Below are positions 1-11,647 of a stretch of DNA of 64,000 nucleotides, in pieces. Below the pieces are notes generated by a model that worked only from the letters and a program-made list of their open reading frames with translations, was not told the DNA's origin and ran no database searches. Position numbers and translations under genes: made by a program. Positions within the stretch are counted from its first letter, which is position 1; each line of letters starts with the position of its first letter. Source of the stretch: a virus. The DNA lies in the IMG/VR virus record IMGVR_UViG_3300005264_000008, positions 18,229 to 82,228 of that record; one strand, given 5' to 3'.

Positions 1-93
1 AAATCGATAGGAAGGGTACATTTAGTAGTGATGATGAAAGTGGATTTATATTTACTCAAATGAAAAATATACAATTAATATTGCAATCACTAT

Positions 94-546
94 TTGATAA
101 CACTAATACTAACACTAACAATGATTAAACCAATTTTAAATATTACGGTTGATAATAAGTTATTTGTGCGAAAAGATACATTTTATTGTAATAATAACAC
201 AGAATTTACAATTAATATAACTAATACATATAATTATATTATAATGTGTAGTATTATAAGTGATGATAATTTAGAACCATTTATAACAGCACCGTTAAAA
301 CCAATGCAAGATTATAGCATAACATCAGTATTCAAATCTGATGAATATAATAGTATTGATTATAAAGTTAGTGTACTATTATCATTATCAAATGAAAAAC
401 CGATTTTTTATAAGGATTTTTTCTTTTTTAATAAACATATGAAAAAGTATATTAATTTAATAAACAAAACATCAATATGTACATCATGTAATAGTCAATT
501 AGAATTTGGTTGGGACTACTGCCCAACTTGCGGATTAAAAAAATAA
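94..546 (+). CDS. hypothetical protein with C-terminal zinc ribbon
   Basis: C-terminal CTSC-x10-CPTCG; start codon uncertain. Confidence 0.6.
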   Translation: MITLILTLTMIKPILNITVDNKLFVRKDTFYCNNNTEFTINITNTYNYIIMCSIISDDNLEPFITAPLKPMQDYSITSVFKSDEYNSIDYKVSVLLSLSNEKPIFYKDFFFFNKHMKKYINLINKTSICTSCNSQLEFGWDYCPTCGLKK

Positions 547-556
547 ATAATAGAGT

Positions 557-1315
557 ATGTCACGAAAGAAAACAAAAAAAGTACCATATTTTAATGATGG
601 AACTGAAAAAGCAATTCAGATATATAATAATGAATCTGATGTAGATAAACGAAATTTATTATTTGAACAAGAAATATTATATCCGATATTGAAATTATCC
701 GAGTACCTGATAAATTCAATGCATATGTATAATATTATGGATGATGGTAATATAAAAAACTTACAATTTGAAATTGTAAACGATGTATTAACTAAGTTAG
801 ATAAAATCAATACTGATAAAGGGAAAGCATTTTCATATTTACATATTGTTATACGGAATTTTTTAATCGGTAAATCAAAAAAAGTACATAATAAAAAGAT
901 TAATAAAATTGAATTGGAATACTTTGATACGTTTTCTTTTTTCGATGAGAATCATTATTATATAGATGGCGATAGTAAAAATGATATTAGTAAATTTGTC
1001 ACACAATTTACTACAATTATTAAAGATAATATTAATTTAATATATGATAGTGAACAAGAGCGTAATATTATAATTGACATTTTAGATTTATTTTATGACA
1101 GTTCCCATCTCAATAAAATAAATAAACGTGAACTGTATGCATATATTAAAAATAAATATAATATTGAAAGTAAATTTTTGACGAGTGTTTTAAAAGATTT
1201 AAAGATTATATATATTAAAGCATATGCCGAATTTAATGATATTGGTATGATAAATGTCGATTCACTATTGCGAAAATATAAAGAATCGAATATAAATAAA
1301 CTTTTTAAATTTTAA
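557..1315 (+). CDS. putative late-transcription sigma factor (T4 gp55-like)
   Basis: N-terminal YFND..E.AI..YN and KAFSYL..VIRNFL, resembling the gp55 region-2 motif (NPFAYFTQ); hydrophobic C-terminal tail NKLFKF. Confidence 0.55.
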   Translation: MSRKKTKKVPYFNDGTEKAIQIYNNESDVDKRNLLFEQEILYPILKLSEYLINSMHMYNIMDDGNIKNLQFEIVNDVLTKLDKINTDKGKAFSYLHIVIRNFLIGKSKKVHNKKINKIELEYFDTFSFFDENHYYIDGDSKNDISKFVTQFTTIIKDNINLIYDSEQERNIIIDILDLFYDSSHLNKINKRELYAYIKNKYNIESKFLTSVLKDLKIIYIKAYAEFNDIGMINVDSLLRKYKESNINKLFKF

Positions 1316-1320
1316 CATAT

Positions 1321-1722
1321 ATGATAAACACAAACGAAATAAAAGTATTTGATGGTGTTAACTTATCAGACATATTCAAAAATGTTTTTGTAAACAATAG
1401 CTTTACAAAAACAAATATAGATAGTGTTATTACTAATTTAATGGAAAAAATTAAATCAGTTAATGACTCTATCATAATAGCACCAGTTGTAAAAGATTAT
1501 TTAAATACTGCAATTGCTAATGATAAAGTATTATTGGAAATGGCTAAAATAGTCGAAAGATTGAATAATTCGGGTGATGGGCAATTAGGTGTAAATGGTA
1601 TGAGTGATTTGATGATGACAGCGGAAGATTTGCAGAGTTTAGATGAACACGTTACTAAACATTTTGATGATATTACCGAAAAAACATCGAAAAAATTGGT
1701 GAAAATGAAAAAAAACACATGA
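1321..1722 (+). CDS. hypothetical phage protein
   Basis: 133-aa ORF tightly packed between neighbours. Confidence 0.6.
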   Translation: MINTNEIKVFDGVNLSDIFKNVFVNNSFTKTNIDSVITNLMEKIKSVNDSIIIAPVVKDYLNTAIANDKVLLEMAKIVERLNNSGDGQLGVNGMSDLMMTAEDLQSLDEHVTKHFDDITEKTSKKLVKMKKNT

Positions 1723-2903
1723 AATTAGAATATAACAATACAATATCATATGATAAAAAGGATATAAAAGTACAAACACAGCTGAAGGAATATGAACCTG
1801 CTGAAATTGTTGATGTTATATACGATGATTCACATCCTCGTTATAGTACTGATATGGATATTGGTTCTGTTATTATTAGACGTTTATTCACTGATTATAA
1901 TAAAAAATACACAGCACTACCAATAGCAAAACCAGCAAACGGAAATAATCAATTATATCCATTGCGATATGAAATTGTTATGGTATATAAATCGATTGGT
2001 CCACATACAGGAACAACTAATCAATCTACTACTTATTACTATGACAATCCAATTAGTGTATGGAATTTAGCAAATCATAATGCGTTACCATTTTCAACTA
2101 TTAGTACAAATCGAGAAAAACAGAATGATTATACTAATTTTACTGGTGTGAACAGTAAAAAGAATCAAAATATAATATTAGGGGAATATTTTACTGAACA
2201 ACCATCTGTTAATAAATTAAAGCCATTTGAAGGTGACTATATATTACAGGGTCGTTATAATAATAGTATTCGATTCACCAATACAACATTACCAAATAAA
2301 GATAATCAATGGTCTAAACAAGGTAAAGCAGGTGACCCACTAATTATAATAAATAATACACGTAATACTGAAAAATCATTTGGTTTTAGATTAGAGGATA
2401 TAAACCGTGATGATAGTAATATTTGGCTAACATCTACACAGACAATTCCAATCGAACTCGTTGCTAAGGAACAAAAAGGATTCGTAGCAAATTATAAACC
2501 TGAATTAGTAAATAAATATAATCAACCACAACTTATTTTTAATAGTGGAAGACTGATATTCAATGCTAAAACTGATAGTGTTGTTGTAAGTGCAAATAAA
2601 AGTATAAATTTAATATCTAATGACAATATAGTTATTAATAGCGATAAATATATAAATCTAAATAGTAATAAAATATATATAGGAGGAGTAAGTGCGAGTA
2701 AAGAAAAAGAACCAATTGTACTTGGTCAGCAAATATTAAATACGCTTGATGAAATTATTAATATCATAACAACATTAACAGTTGGTACTGCGGTCGGACC
2801 ATCAACACCACCATTACCAACTACATTGACAAAATTATTAAATCTACAAATTAAATTAAAAACATCTAAATATATTTTAAGTAAAAAAATATTCACAGAA
2901 TAA
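1719..2903 (+). CDS. baseplate hub/spike protein (gp5/VgrG-like)
   Basis: OB-fold-like N-terminus (YPLRYEIV), EGD..LQGRY.NSIRF, beta-helix-like repeats, C-terminal PIVLG...TAVGPSTPP. Confidence 0.65.
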   Translation: MKLEYNNTISYDKKDIKVQTQLKEYEPAEIVDVIYDDSHPRYSTDMDIGSVIIRRLFTDYNKKYTALPIAKPANGNNQLYPLRYEIVMVYKSIGPHTGTTNQSTTYYYDNPISVWNLANHNALPFSTISTNREKQNDYTNFTGVNSKKNQNIILGEYFTEQPSVNKLKPFEGDYILQGRYNNSIRFTNTTLPNKDNQWSKQGKAGDPLIIINNTRNTEKSFGFRLEDINRDDSNIWLTSTQTIPIELVAKEQKGFVANYKPELVNKYNQPQLIFNSGRLIFNAKTDSVVVSANKSINLISNDNIVINSDKYINLNSNKIYIGGVSASKEKEPIVLGQQILNTLDEIINIITTLTVGTAVGPSTPPLPTTLTKLLNLQIKLKTSKYILSKKIFTE

Positions 2904-2914
2904 ACACAAAAATT

Positions 2915-3277
2915 ATGACAAAGAAAGAATTAAATCAAATTGTAACTCAAATTGTAAATGTAAAAGTTCAACAACTGGTTAGTCCATTAATAACTGAATT
3001 GAAAAAACAACGTGAGCAAATTAGAAAATTAACAGAACATGTTCAACGTGGTAACAATAACCAACAACCACAGCAATTAAACGCTTCATATCAACAACCA
3101 GCAGTGAATCAAGTTCCACAAAGTGGGATTATGGCACAAAGTAATGATATGATGGGCAATGGAGAATATGAAAATAGTCCACTATTACAAGAAATGTTAA
3201 ATAAAAATTACAAACCATTACTTGATAAAACTAAAAAAGCAGTAGATAGAATTAGAACTAATACACCTATTAAATAA
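2915..3277 (+). CDS. hypothetical protein with MTKKEL..I leader variant
   Basis: 120-aa Q/N-rich ORF followed by a terminator. Confidence 0.6.
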   Translation: MTKKELNQIVTQIVNVKVQQLVSPLITELKKQREQIRKLTEHVQRGNNNQQPQQLNASYQQPAVNQVPQSGIMAQSNDMMGNGEYENSPLLQEMLNKNYKPLLDKTKKAVDRIRTNTPIK

Positions 3278-3307
3278 AAAAAAAGCAAGTATAACTTGCT
3301 TTTTTTT
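3276..3307. terminator. bidirectional intrinsic terminator
   Basis: A-run GCAAGT-ata-ACTTGC T-run between convergent genes. Confidence 0.75.
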
Positions 3308-3324
3308 ATTTACCATTGTACAAT

Positions 3325-3432
3325 TTATGATTTTATTACCCATTCACCATTTGGTTCGAGATTTTCAATTGCATCAGCAATTTCTTCAGCACACGTTGCA
3401 ACTGTTCCTAAATCATCTAATAATTCACTCAT
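3325..3432 (-). CDS. 35-aa acidic peptide (MSELLDDLGTVATCAEEIADAIENLEPNGEWVIKS)
   Basis: Open ATG..TAA not in the ORF track; TATTTATA motif upstream and terminator downstream. Confidence 0.5.
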   Translation of the reverse strand: MSELLDDLGTVATCAEEIADAIENLEPNGEWVIKS

Positions 3433-3469
3433 ATTTTTTTGTTTGTTTGTTTGTTTATAAATATAGTTT

Positions 3470-4076
3470 CTTTTTTGTATTTTTTAATTTTTTCTAAATT
3501 CATACTACAGATATACATTAATTATTGTTAATAAATGCTAATTCTTTAGTTTGTATATATTAAGGATGATTTACAACTCTCATATTATGAAAGTTTGTAC
3601 CATCTTCATATTTTTCCATATTTTTGAAAATTTCGTCAGTTAACACAAAATCAATGGTTTTACCATTCTTAATATATTTATAATTGATATCGTATCAAAT
3701 AATACCACCAATTTTAAAATTATTATACCACATAAATAAGTTTTTTATAACCCCCCCCTTTCCAAGAGTGATTTTCAATTTATTTTTTATTACAACAACA
3801 CATCCGATATTTTAGATTGTTCCAATTCGATAAATATATTGAAGTATTCTAATAATGCAGGTTCGTAACCATTTATTTTTAAAGGGTGTCCTTGTTTTTT
3901 TTTATAACTTCGGTAGGATTATTATTCGAAATCTCATTCAGTAGTTTTTGGTTATGACACAATTTTTTTTCAAGATACGACTTAAACACACAACCTATTT
4001 CAATTGCAACAGTGTCTTCAATTTTAGCGTTTGTATAATTTGTTCGTATGAAATGTGGAAAATACTGTATATCCAT
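3470..4076 (-). pseudogene. probable decayed gene
   Basis: 65-aa ORF followed by coding-like sequence broken at homopolymer runs. Confidence 0.3.
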
Positions 4077-4189
4077 AATTGCTATTTTGTTGATTAAAAA
4101 TTTACTATGTATTATGTTTTTATAAATAAAATAACTTTTTTATTAATATTGGTGTAATTTTCGATTTTTTAATTGATTTTATTTTAAAT

Positions 4190-5170
4190 ATGAGTCATAA
4201 CATAAAACTATTGCAATATATAAAACCATTTCTTGGAGATTACAAAAAGACAAGTGATTCAAATGTAGCATTTATATGTCCATTTTGTAACCATCCTAAG
4301 AAGAAATTAGAAGTGAATATTAGTAAAAACGATACTAAAATGGGATATTGGCATTGTTGGGTTTGTGGTGAAGGTGGGCATCATTTGGCAAATTTGTTTA
4401 AAAAACTAGATTACAATCAAAACATAATATCAGATTTATATAAACTAGTATCAAATAACAAATCAAATGCAATATATGTAAAGTCAGATATAGATAGTAT
4501 TTTTACTAATAATCATAAAACATTAGTATTTAATCGAGATTTTAAACCATTGTATAATAATATAAATGATAGTATAGAATATAAACGTGCAATTAAATAT
4601 TTGGAAAATAGAAATGTAACTAAATATGAGATAGAGCGATATAAAATTCATTACTTTGAACATACAATTATAAATGATAAACAATTGTATAATAGAATTG
4701 TGATACCAACATATAATGATGAATTTAAATTTATATCGTATATTACACGAGACTACACAGACAATCAATATATTCCATATATTAAACCAAAAATATCTCA
4801 TACTGATATTATATTTTTTGAACATTTAATTAATTGGAATTTACCCATATTTTTAGTTGAAGGAGTATTTGATGCGATAGCGTTACGATACAATGCTATT
4901 CCATTATTAGGCAAAAATATCAATACTAAGCTATTAAATAAGCTACAGCAACATCAACCACCTGTATATGTAGTTTTCGACCCTGATGCGAAATTTGACT
5001 CGATTTTGAAAGCTAAATATTTGTATGAAAAAGGTATTAGTAATGTTAATGTAGTATTACTAGATTCAGATGGAGATATTGCTGATATGGGATATGAAAT
5101 GAGTATGGAATATATTTTACGAAATAATGTGAATATAAATTTAGAAACTATAATGAAATTATTATTATGA
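4190..5170 (+). CDS. DNA primase (gp61/DnaG-like)
   Basis: Zn finger CPFC...HCWVC; TOPRIM motifs VEGVFDA and FDPD. Confidence 0.9.
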   Translation: MSHNIKLLQYIKPFLGDYKKTSDSNVAFICPFCNHPKKKLEVNISKNDTKMGYWHCWVCGEGGHHLANLFKKLDYNQNIISDLYKLVSNNKSNAIYVKSDIDSIFTNNHKTLVFNRDFKPLYNNINDSIEYKRAIKYLENRNVTKYEIERYKIHYFEHTIINDKQLYNRIVIPTYNDEFKFISYITRDYTDNQYIPYIKPKISHTDIIFFEHLINWNLPIFLVEGVFDAIALRYNAIPLLGKNINTKLLNKLQQHQPPVYVVFDPDAKFDSILKAKYLYEKGISNVNVVLLDSDGDIADMGYEMSMEYILRNNVNINLETIMKLLL

Positions 5171-5943
5171 TACAACTAATAAAAGGTGATTGTCTTATTG
5201 AAATGCAAAACATACCAGATAAAAGCATTGATGCTATTATTTGTGATTTACCTTATGGGGTATTAAATAAAGGCAATAAATCAGCAAAATGGGATTCCGT
5301 AATTCCTTTTGATATGTTGTGGAACGAATATAATAGAATAATTAAACTTAATGGTGCGATTGTATTATTTGGACAAGGTATGTTTTCAGCACAATTAATG
5401 ATAAGCAATAAAAAATATTGGCGATATAATTTAATTTGGGACAAAGTTGCTAAAACTGGGTTCTTAAATTCAAAGCGAATGCAACTCAGACAGCATGAGG
5501 ATATATGTGTATTCTATAAAAAATTACCAACATACAACCCTCAAATGACAAAATGTGAACCACACAAAAGAAACCATAGCAAGGGAAATATGGAAACGCC
5601 ACAAAAGAATAGTTGTTATGGTAATTTTGTTGAAACACCAACTATAATATCTGATGAGAAATTTCCAACATCAATAATTACTATATCAAAAGAGCATAAG
5701 AAAGGGAAGTTTTACCACCCTACACAAAAACCAGTTGCATTATTAGAATATTTAGTAAAAACTTACACAAACGAAAATGATACAATTTTAGATAATACAA
5801 TGGGAAGTGGAACAACTGGTATAGCCTGTCAAAATCTAAATAGAAATTTTATAGGTATCGAATTAGATAAAAAATATTTTGATATTGCTGTTAAACGAGT
5901 AGAAGAAAACAAATCTAAAGTAAATAATTTATTTAATTTCTAA
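5167..5943 (+). CDS. N6A/N4C DNA methyltransferase (beta class)
   Basis: [19 protein letters not shown]. Confidence 0.92.
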   Translation: MIQLIKGDCLIEMQNIPDKSIDAIICDLPYGVLNKGNKSAKWDSVIPFDMLWNEYNRIIKLNGAIVLFGQGMFSAQLMISNKKYWRYNLIWDKVAKTGFLNSKRMQLRQHEDICVFYKKLPTYNPQMTKCEPHKRNHSKGNMETPQKNSCYGNFVETPTIISDEKFPTSIITISKEHKKGKFYHPTQKPVALLEYLVKTYTNENDTILDNTMGSGTTGIACQNLNRNFIGIELDKKYFDIAVKRVEENKSKVNNLFNF

Positions 5944-5945
5944 TA

Positions 5946-6953
5946 ATGAAAAAATACCCAACTGAAAATAAATATTTTGAAACTGAAAGTGGAATTTTAT
6001 ATGTTAATGATACATTGTCACAATTAAAAAATATTCCGAATGAAAGTATTGATAGTGTCATTACAAGTCCACCTTATTGGGCAATGCGTGATTACGGTGT
6101 AGATGGTCAATTAGGACAGGAAGAAACACCCGAATTGTACATTGCTAAATTGATTGATATATATGACGAAATATATAGAGTATTAAAATCAGATGGTACA
6201 TGTTTTATAAATTTAGGTGATACGTATGCAGGAAGTGGAGCAGGGACAACAACAAAAGTAGATACAGAAAAGTATATTAAAAATTCAAAGCAAGTTTATG
6301 TAATGCCAAATGGAAGTAATAAATCTGCACAATACCGAAAAACACGCATGAATAAAAGTCTTTTGATGATTCCATATAAATTTTCAATTGAAATGATTGA
6401 GCGTGGTTGGATTACGGTTGATTTTGAACCTATTTTCTTCTTTGTTAAAAACAAAAAATATCAATTTGAACAGCAATTTGAAATTGCAACTGGTTATGAT
6501 GGAAGAAAAGATATAAAATATAAAGGTGGTAATAAAGATGTAAGTATTGGTAAGCATAATAGATGGTCTTTTAAAAATTTACAAGATAAAGGGCAAAAAA
6601 CACATAGTATGCATGAAAATAGAGCAAAAGGAATACCAGACAAAATATATCCAATGCGAAATATGAGAACAACTTGGAATATCCCTACAAAACCATTCTC
6701 AGAAGCACATTTTGCAGTATATCCCGATACATTAGTTGAAAGAATGATTGAAGCAGGATGTCCAATTGACGGTGTTGTTTTGGACCCATTTATGGGTTCA
6801 GGTACAACTGGGATGGTTGCAGAACGTTTGAACCGCAAATGGATTGGAATTGATATAAATCCTGATTATTGTAAAATTGCAGAAAAACGTATAATGCAAA
6901 CTAATATTATAAAAAAACAAGAAAACAAAATGAATAATTTATTTAATTTTTAA
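5946..6953 (+). CDS. N4C/N6A DNA methyltransferase (beta class), possible internal deletion
   Basis: [20 protein letters not shown]. Confidence 0.9.
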   Translation: MKKYPTENKYFETESGILYVNDTLSQLKNIPNESIDSVITSPPYWAMRDYGVDGQLGQEETPELYIAKLIDIYDEIYRVLKSDGTCFINLGDTYAGSGAGTTTKVDTEKYIKNSKQVYVMPNGSNKSAQYRKTRMNKSLLMIPYKFSIEMIERGWITVDFEPIFFFVKNKKYQFEQQFEIATGYDGRKDIKYKGGNKDVSIGKHNRWSFKNLQDKGQKTHSMHENRAKGIPDKIYPMRNMRTTWNIPTKPFSEAHFAVYPDTLVERMIEAGCPIDGVVLDPFMGSGTTGMVAERLNRKWIGIDINPDYCKIAEKRIMQTNIIKKQENKMNNLFNF

Positions 6954-6957
6954 TATT

Positions 6958-7608
6958 ATGAGACTAGAAAACATAACAATTCCAATTGAAGATATTGATA
7001 ATATCTTCCATATTTCGGATATACATATACGAAATACCAAACGTCATGATGAATATTTATCTGTATTTGACAAGTTGTATTCGGAGATTAAACACACTAA
7101 TTCAATAAATTGTGTATGTGGTGATATAGTACATACGAAGACACAAATGTCACCCGAACTAATACAAATAACGAGTGATTTTTTTATAAATTTATCTAGG
7201 ATAAATCCTACATTTGTAATAACTGGTAATCACGATACTAATTTAAGTAATAGAAATAGATTGGATGCATTAGAGCCAATTATAAATAATATACAATTAG
7301 ATTCCGAAGTTAAATCTAATTTATATTATCTTAAAGAAAGTGGAATATACACTATTAATAATTCTATTGATTTAGTGGTTTTTTCTGTATTAGATGGGAT
7401 TGAAAAATATAATGAAATGATTGATTATTATAAAGAATATTATTCAGATAATAATAGAAAATCATATGCAATGTATCATGGGACAGTAAAAGGTGCTGTT
7501 ACTGATTTAGGTTATAAATTAGCTGAAGAAAAAATAACAACTAATATGTTTATGCATTTCGACCATACATTATTAGGAGACATTCATTTACAACAAACTT
7601 TAAAATAG
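6958..7608 (+). CDS. SbcD/Mre11/gp47-like nuclease, N-terminal part, ending at an in-frame TAG
   Basis: HISDIH, CGD, GNHD, YHG and LGDIH metallophosphoesterase motifs. Confidence 0.85.
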   Translation: MRLENITIPIEDIDNIFHISDIHIRNTKRHDEYLSVFDKLYSEIKHTNSINCVCGDIVHTKTQMSPELIQITSDFFINLSRINPTFVITGNHDTNLSNRNRLDALEPIINNIQLDSEVKSNLYYLKESGIYTINNSIDLVVFSVLDGIEKYNEMIDYYKEYYSDNNRKSYAMYHGTVKGAVTDLGYKLAEEKITTNMFMHFDHTLLGDIHLQQTLK

Positions 7609-7614
7609 ATAATT

Positions 7615-10218
7615 ATGATTTCATATAGTGGAAGTTTAGTACAGCAAAATTTTGGTGAGAGTAATACACATGGTATTCTCAAATGGGATGTAAAAAACAA
7701 TACAAATAAATTCATACCAATTGAAAGTGATTATGGTTTTAGAACTGTTTATTATATTGATAATATACTAATAACAGTTTCAGATGATAAATTTATTGAA
7801 TTGTCATTTGATGATATGATTTCACAGTTTCCGAAAAACTTATCATTACGAATAAAAAATGATAATAGTGATAGATTAGTCATTGATGATTTTATTTCAA
7901 AGGTAGAATTACATTTTAATTTACAAAGTTTAATTATACTTGATATTGATAGTAAAGATAGTGAAATATCTAATTTAAAAGCTGAAAATGATATACTAGA
8001 TACACAATCTAATATAACACAAGTATCATATCAAAATGAGTTAATTAAAAATATGCATTCACAAATATTAGGATATGATTTAGAAGATGATATATTGCAA
8101 AAGATATTTAAGTTGAATGATAATTTAAATAAAACATTTCTACAACAACCAGATACAAATTACGGTAGTTTGATAAAACTAAAAGAAATGACATTCAATA
8201 ATATGTTTAGTTATGGAACAGGTAATTATATTAACTTCGATTCTATGAATGGTATAGTTGGATTGTTTGCTCCAAATAGACAGGGGAAAAGTAGTATTAT
8301 GCAGATACTATTATTTTTATTATATGATAAATCAAGTAAAACTAATAAAACACTAGATTATCTAAATATAAACACTCGGTTCTTTGATGCTAAATTAACA
8401 TTTGAAGTTGATAATGAGACATATATAATTGAAAAAAATGGTAAATTAGATTCTAAAGATAAGTTACATTTTACTGTTAATTTTTATAAATTAACTGATA
8501 AAAATGTACAAGTTAGTTTAAATGGTGAGCAAAGAAGAGAAACTGTTAAAAAAATTCGTGCAATAGTTGGTACATATGAGAATATTGTAATGACTAATAT
8601 AGTATTACAACAAGACGATTCGTTTAATTTTATACGCAAAACACAAACTGAAAGACGTGTATTATTAAATCATTTTATTGGTTTAGACATTTTCCAGCAA
8701 CTACATAAAAGTGTACAATCATTGGTAAAAGAAAGCAAAGTGAAATTTAATTTATTATTAAGTGAAAATATAATCACCACTATTAATAAATACGAACAAG
8801 AACTCAAAGAATATAAATCTCAATTAATTGCTCTTGATAAAGATGTGAAACAATATGATTTGGATATAAAATCATATGAAATATTAAAAACAGATATACA
8901 ATCTAAAATAAAAAATATTGATGTTAAAGATATAAATGTTACTGCTATTAAACAAAATATTCAACAATATGAAACATTTATATCCGACAAAACTTTAGAG
9001 TGTGAAGAAGTTAATATATTAATTAGCCAATTAAAAAGTGATATTGATGATAAAAATAAATCCATAATTGAATATGATGTCAATGAACTAACAAAGCAAT
9101 TTAATACATATAATGATAATGTAAATAATATAAGTAAATTACAAACTAAATTAAGAACACTATCATTGAGAAATGATACCATAACACAGTCACTCGGAAT
9201 CATTTCTAAATTTGAATATGATACTGATAATTGTGATGTATGTTTAGCTAACAACAAAATACAATCGGATGGATTATCACAATTTAATTCTGACTTTTCT
9301 GCCAATAAACAAACAATTATTCAATTGAACAATGATATTACTAAATTAGTAAATGAAAATGTTCAATTGGAAGAATCTGTGAAACGTCATAATAACTTAA
9401 CTATAATCAGTCAAGATATTAATGAATTGAATAGTAAAGTTGTGAAATTGGAGAACCATATTAAATTAACGACAAGTGAAATAAATACTAAAAATGAAAA
9501 ACTATTAACAGCTAATACACAAATAAATCAATATAATACATCTAAAAATATAATTGAACAAAACCAAATACATCAAACTAAACTGAATGATATTAATAGT
9601 GTATTATTTAACTTCAATAGTGAACGTAGAAATGTAGAACAACAGATAAATCAAATTGGTGTTAAAGCTGATGTCATAGAAGAAAAACTCAAAGATTTAT
9701 ATGTGAAGCGTGTTAATTTGGAAGTGTTAGAACAGGATTTGAAAATATTAGAATATTATAGTAAATTATACCATCATACAGGAATACCATTCCAATTATT
9801 GTCAAACGTAATATTGAAATTAAATACTGAAACTAATAAGATATTATCACAAATAACTAATTTTACATTGGATTTTGAGATGTCAGATACAAATATAAAT
9901 ATTTACATTTGTTATGGAAATAAACGATGGTTATTAGAATTAAATAGTGGTATGGAAAATTTTATTAGTAATATTGCTGTGAGAATGGCACTGAGTAAAA
10001 TTACAACCCTTCCTAAAACAGAGTTCATGTTTGTTGATGAAGGATGGGCATCACTTGATAAGGACAATATAACAAAAGTATCAAATTTATTTGATTATTT
10101 AAAACAAGTATATAAATATGTTATAATTGTTTCACATATTGATACAATGAAAGATGATATTGATATGCCAATTGACATAACAAAAGAAAATGAATTTAGT
10201 AAAATTATTGTCAAATAA
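7615..10218 (+). CDS. remainder of SbcD fused to an SbcC/Rad50/gp46-like ATPase
   Basis: YSGSLVQQNFGE (SbcD C-terminal motif), Walker A APNRQGKSS, coiled coil with CDVC hook, signature NSGME, Walker B FVDE. Confidence 0.88.
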   Translation: MISYSGSLVQQNFGESNTHGILKWDVKNNTNKFIPIESDYGFRTVYYIDNILITVSDDKFIELSFDDMISQFPKNLSLRIKNDNSDRLVIDDFISKVELHFNLQSLIILDIDSKDSEISNLKAENDILDTQSNITQVSYQNELIKNMHSQILGYDLEDDILQKIFKLNDNLNKTFLQQPDTNYGSLIKLKEMTFNNMFSYGTGNYINFDSMNGIVGLFAPNRQGKSSIMQILLFLLYDKSSKTNKTLDYLNINTRFFDAKLTFEVDNETYIIEKNGKLDSKDKLHFTVNFYKLTDKNVQVSLNGEQRRETVKKIRAIVGTYENIVMTNIVLQQDDSFNFIRKTQTERRVLLNHFIGLDIFQQLHKSVQSLVKESKVKFNLLLSENIITTINKYEQELKEYKSQLIALDKDVKQYDLDIKSYEILKTDIQSKIKNIDVKDINVTAIKQNIQQYETFISDKTLECEEVNILISQLKSDIDDKNKSIIEYDVNELTKQFNTYNDNVNNISKLQTKLRTLSLRNDTITQSLGIISKFEYDTDNCDVCLANNKIQSDGLSQFNSDFSANKQTIIQLNNDITKLVNENVQLEESVKRHNNLTIISQDINELNSKVVKLENHIKLTTSEINTKNEKLLTANTQINQYNTSKNIIEQNQIHQTKLNDINSVLFNFNSERRNVEQQINQIGVKADVIEEKLKDLYVKRVNLEVLEQDLKILEYYSKLYHHTGIPFQLLSNVILKLNTETNKILSQITNFTLDFEMSDTNINIYICYGNKRWLLELNSGMENFISNIAVRMALSKITTLPKTEFMFVDEGWASLDKDNITKVSNLFDYLKQVYKYVIIVSHIDTMKDDIDMPIDITKENEFSKIIVK

Positions 10219-10257
10219 AATTACTTAGTTTATAATAATAATAAAAAAAATAAAAAA

Positions 10258-10481
10258 TGAAACATTTTGAATACGTACATAATTTTTTACGAGAATTAAA
10301 CAAACTTGTTCCAAATGAAGGTGAAATTAGACATAATATTATATTATGTTAAGACACAGGTAAATTAATGATTTCTATATTTAATGATGGTAAGTGGAAT
10401 GGTGTTGATATGGATAAAATGTATGAAGATAAAGCAACATATCAAGAATTGGTAAATGGTATATGTGAATTATTGAAGTAA
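10258..10481 (+). pseudogene. small ORF interrupted by an in-frame TAA
   Basis: MKHFEY...NIILC*DTGKLMIS...ELLK* stays in one frame. Confidence 0.45.
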
Positions 10482-10507
10482 TCATGTTTAAATAAAAATA
10501 TATTAAA

Positions 10508-10714
10508 ATGGGAAAAGTAAATAGTACAAAAAGGGAGAAAATATCAGAATTGAAAAGGTGGATAAATGACGAAGAAGTTTTTGAATGGTGGTCGGGCGGA
10601 AATGATACATTTGAATTATATGCTGAAAAATTGGTTAATAAAGGTATTGATATTGAATTTATAAAAATGATGTTCAGTGGACTTTATCGGGCTGTTTTAG
10701 GTGAATATGAATAA
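10508..10714 (+). CDS. hypothetical protein
   Basis: 68-aa ORF. Confidence 0.55.
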   Translation: MGKVNSTKREKISELKRWINDEEVFEWWSGGNDTFELYAEKLVNKGIDIEFIKMMFSGLYRAVLGEYE

Positions 10715-10725
10715 ACATATTTTAA

Positions 10726-10775
10726 TTATAAGTAGCCAAATGTACATTAAATTGTATACATTTGGCTACTTATAA
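10726..10775. repeat. long inverted repeat, similar to 62292-62339
   Basis: TTATAAGTAGCCAAATGTA ... TACATTTGGCTACTTATAA. Confidence 0.8.
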
Positions 10776-10798
10776 AAACTCAATTATTATCTATACAT

Positions 10799-11074
10799 TT
10801 GCAACAAATTATTAATCTTATTAAATTTAGAATTATGGAAAGTATTGATGAAAAATCACAAAATTATGCTTATAAAAAGGTTAGAGAATCGTTTCCAACA
10901 TTGCGTGGAAATGCATTTCAATTAATTAAGTTAATCGTAAAATCAGCATATATACAAGGTGCTGAATTTACAAGTAGTGAGAATATTGGGAAATCTGCAA
11001 AAGAATATGCAAACAATAGAGTCTCAGAAAATTTACTAAATATCCAGAAGCTACGAAAAATTTATTATCTCTAA
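10799..11074 (+). CDS. hypothetical protein, possibly frameshifted at the 3' end
   Basis: ORF with internal repeat (AKEYA/SQNYA); likely start at MESID. Confidence 0.45.
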   Translation: MQQIINLIKFRIMESIDEKSQNYAYKKVRESFPTLRGNAFQLIKLIVKSAYIQGAEFTSSENIGKSAKEYANNRVSENLLNIQKLRKIYYL

Positions 11075-11253
11075 TGATGCAACAGGCATTTATTCAAGCA
11101 TGTGATGATAATGGGAAAAATGTCAATGTCGAAAGAATTGACATAGCGTTTCAATTATGTAGTGTCTAAATTAACCATGACGAATACGTGTTTGACACTG
11201 TTATCTACTTTATTTTTAACATTTAAATTATTAACAATATAAAAAGTAATAGT

Positions 11254-11511
11254 ATGGAATATAAAACCGTAGAAAATTGGACAAGTGGTAGTGGTAATAT
11301 ATTAGTCACAAAACAGGAAGTGAAATTAGAAGCTGGTGACCAATATATAGGAGAAGGGTTGTCTGGAAGAAATATATTTTCATGGTCTAAAAATCAAAAA
11401 AAAGAATATCCACAAAAAAAAGCTATTAAAGTAATTGCTCGTAGTTTTAATTTAGTTTGGTGTTTTTCTGGTAACAATAACATTTCAGATTTACCAGTAG
11501 TAGATATTTAG
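11254..11511 (+). CDS. hypothetical protein (cassette cargo)
   Basis: Flanked by GTTATC at 11200 and GATAAC at 11517. Confidence 0.6.
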   Translation: MEYKTVENWTSGSGNILVTKQEVKLEAGDQYIGEGLSGRNIFSWSKNQKKEYPQKKAIKVIARSFNLVWCFSGNNNISDLPVVDI

Positions 11512-11515
11512 TTGC

Positions 11516-11586
11516 TGATAACGAATACGTGTTTGTGATGTTTTGGGAGTTTTTAGAACCAAATAACATCAAAAACGCTGTTATAG
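11516..11586 (+). mobile_element. attC-like site
   Basis: TGATAAC ... GTTATAG enclosing an imperfect palindrome (TGATGTT/AACATCA, TTGG/CCAA). Confidence 0.75.
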
Positions 11587-11647
11587 TTACCTTATTGAAA
11601 CATTTCAGCATCGAATAAATGAAATATTAATCTTAAAATATTGAATT

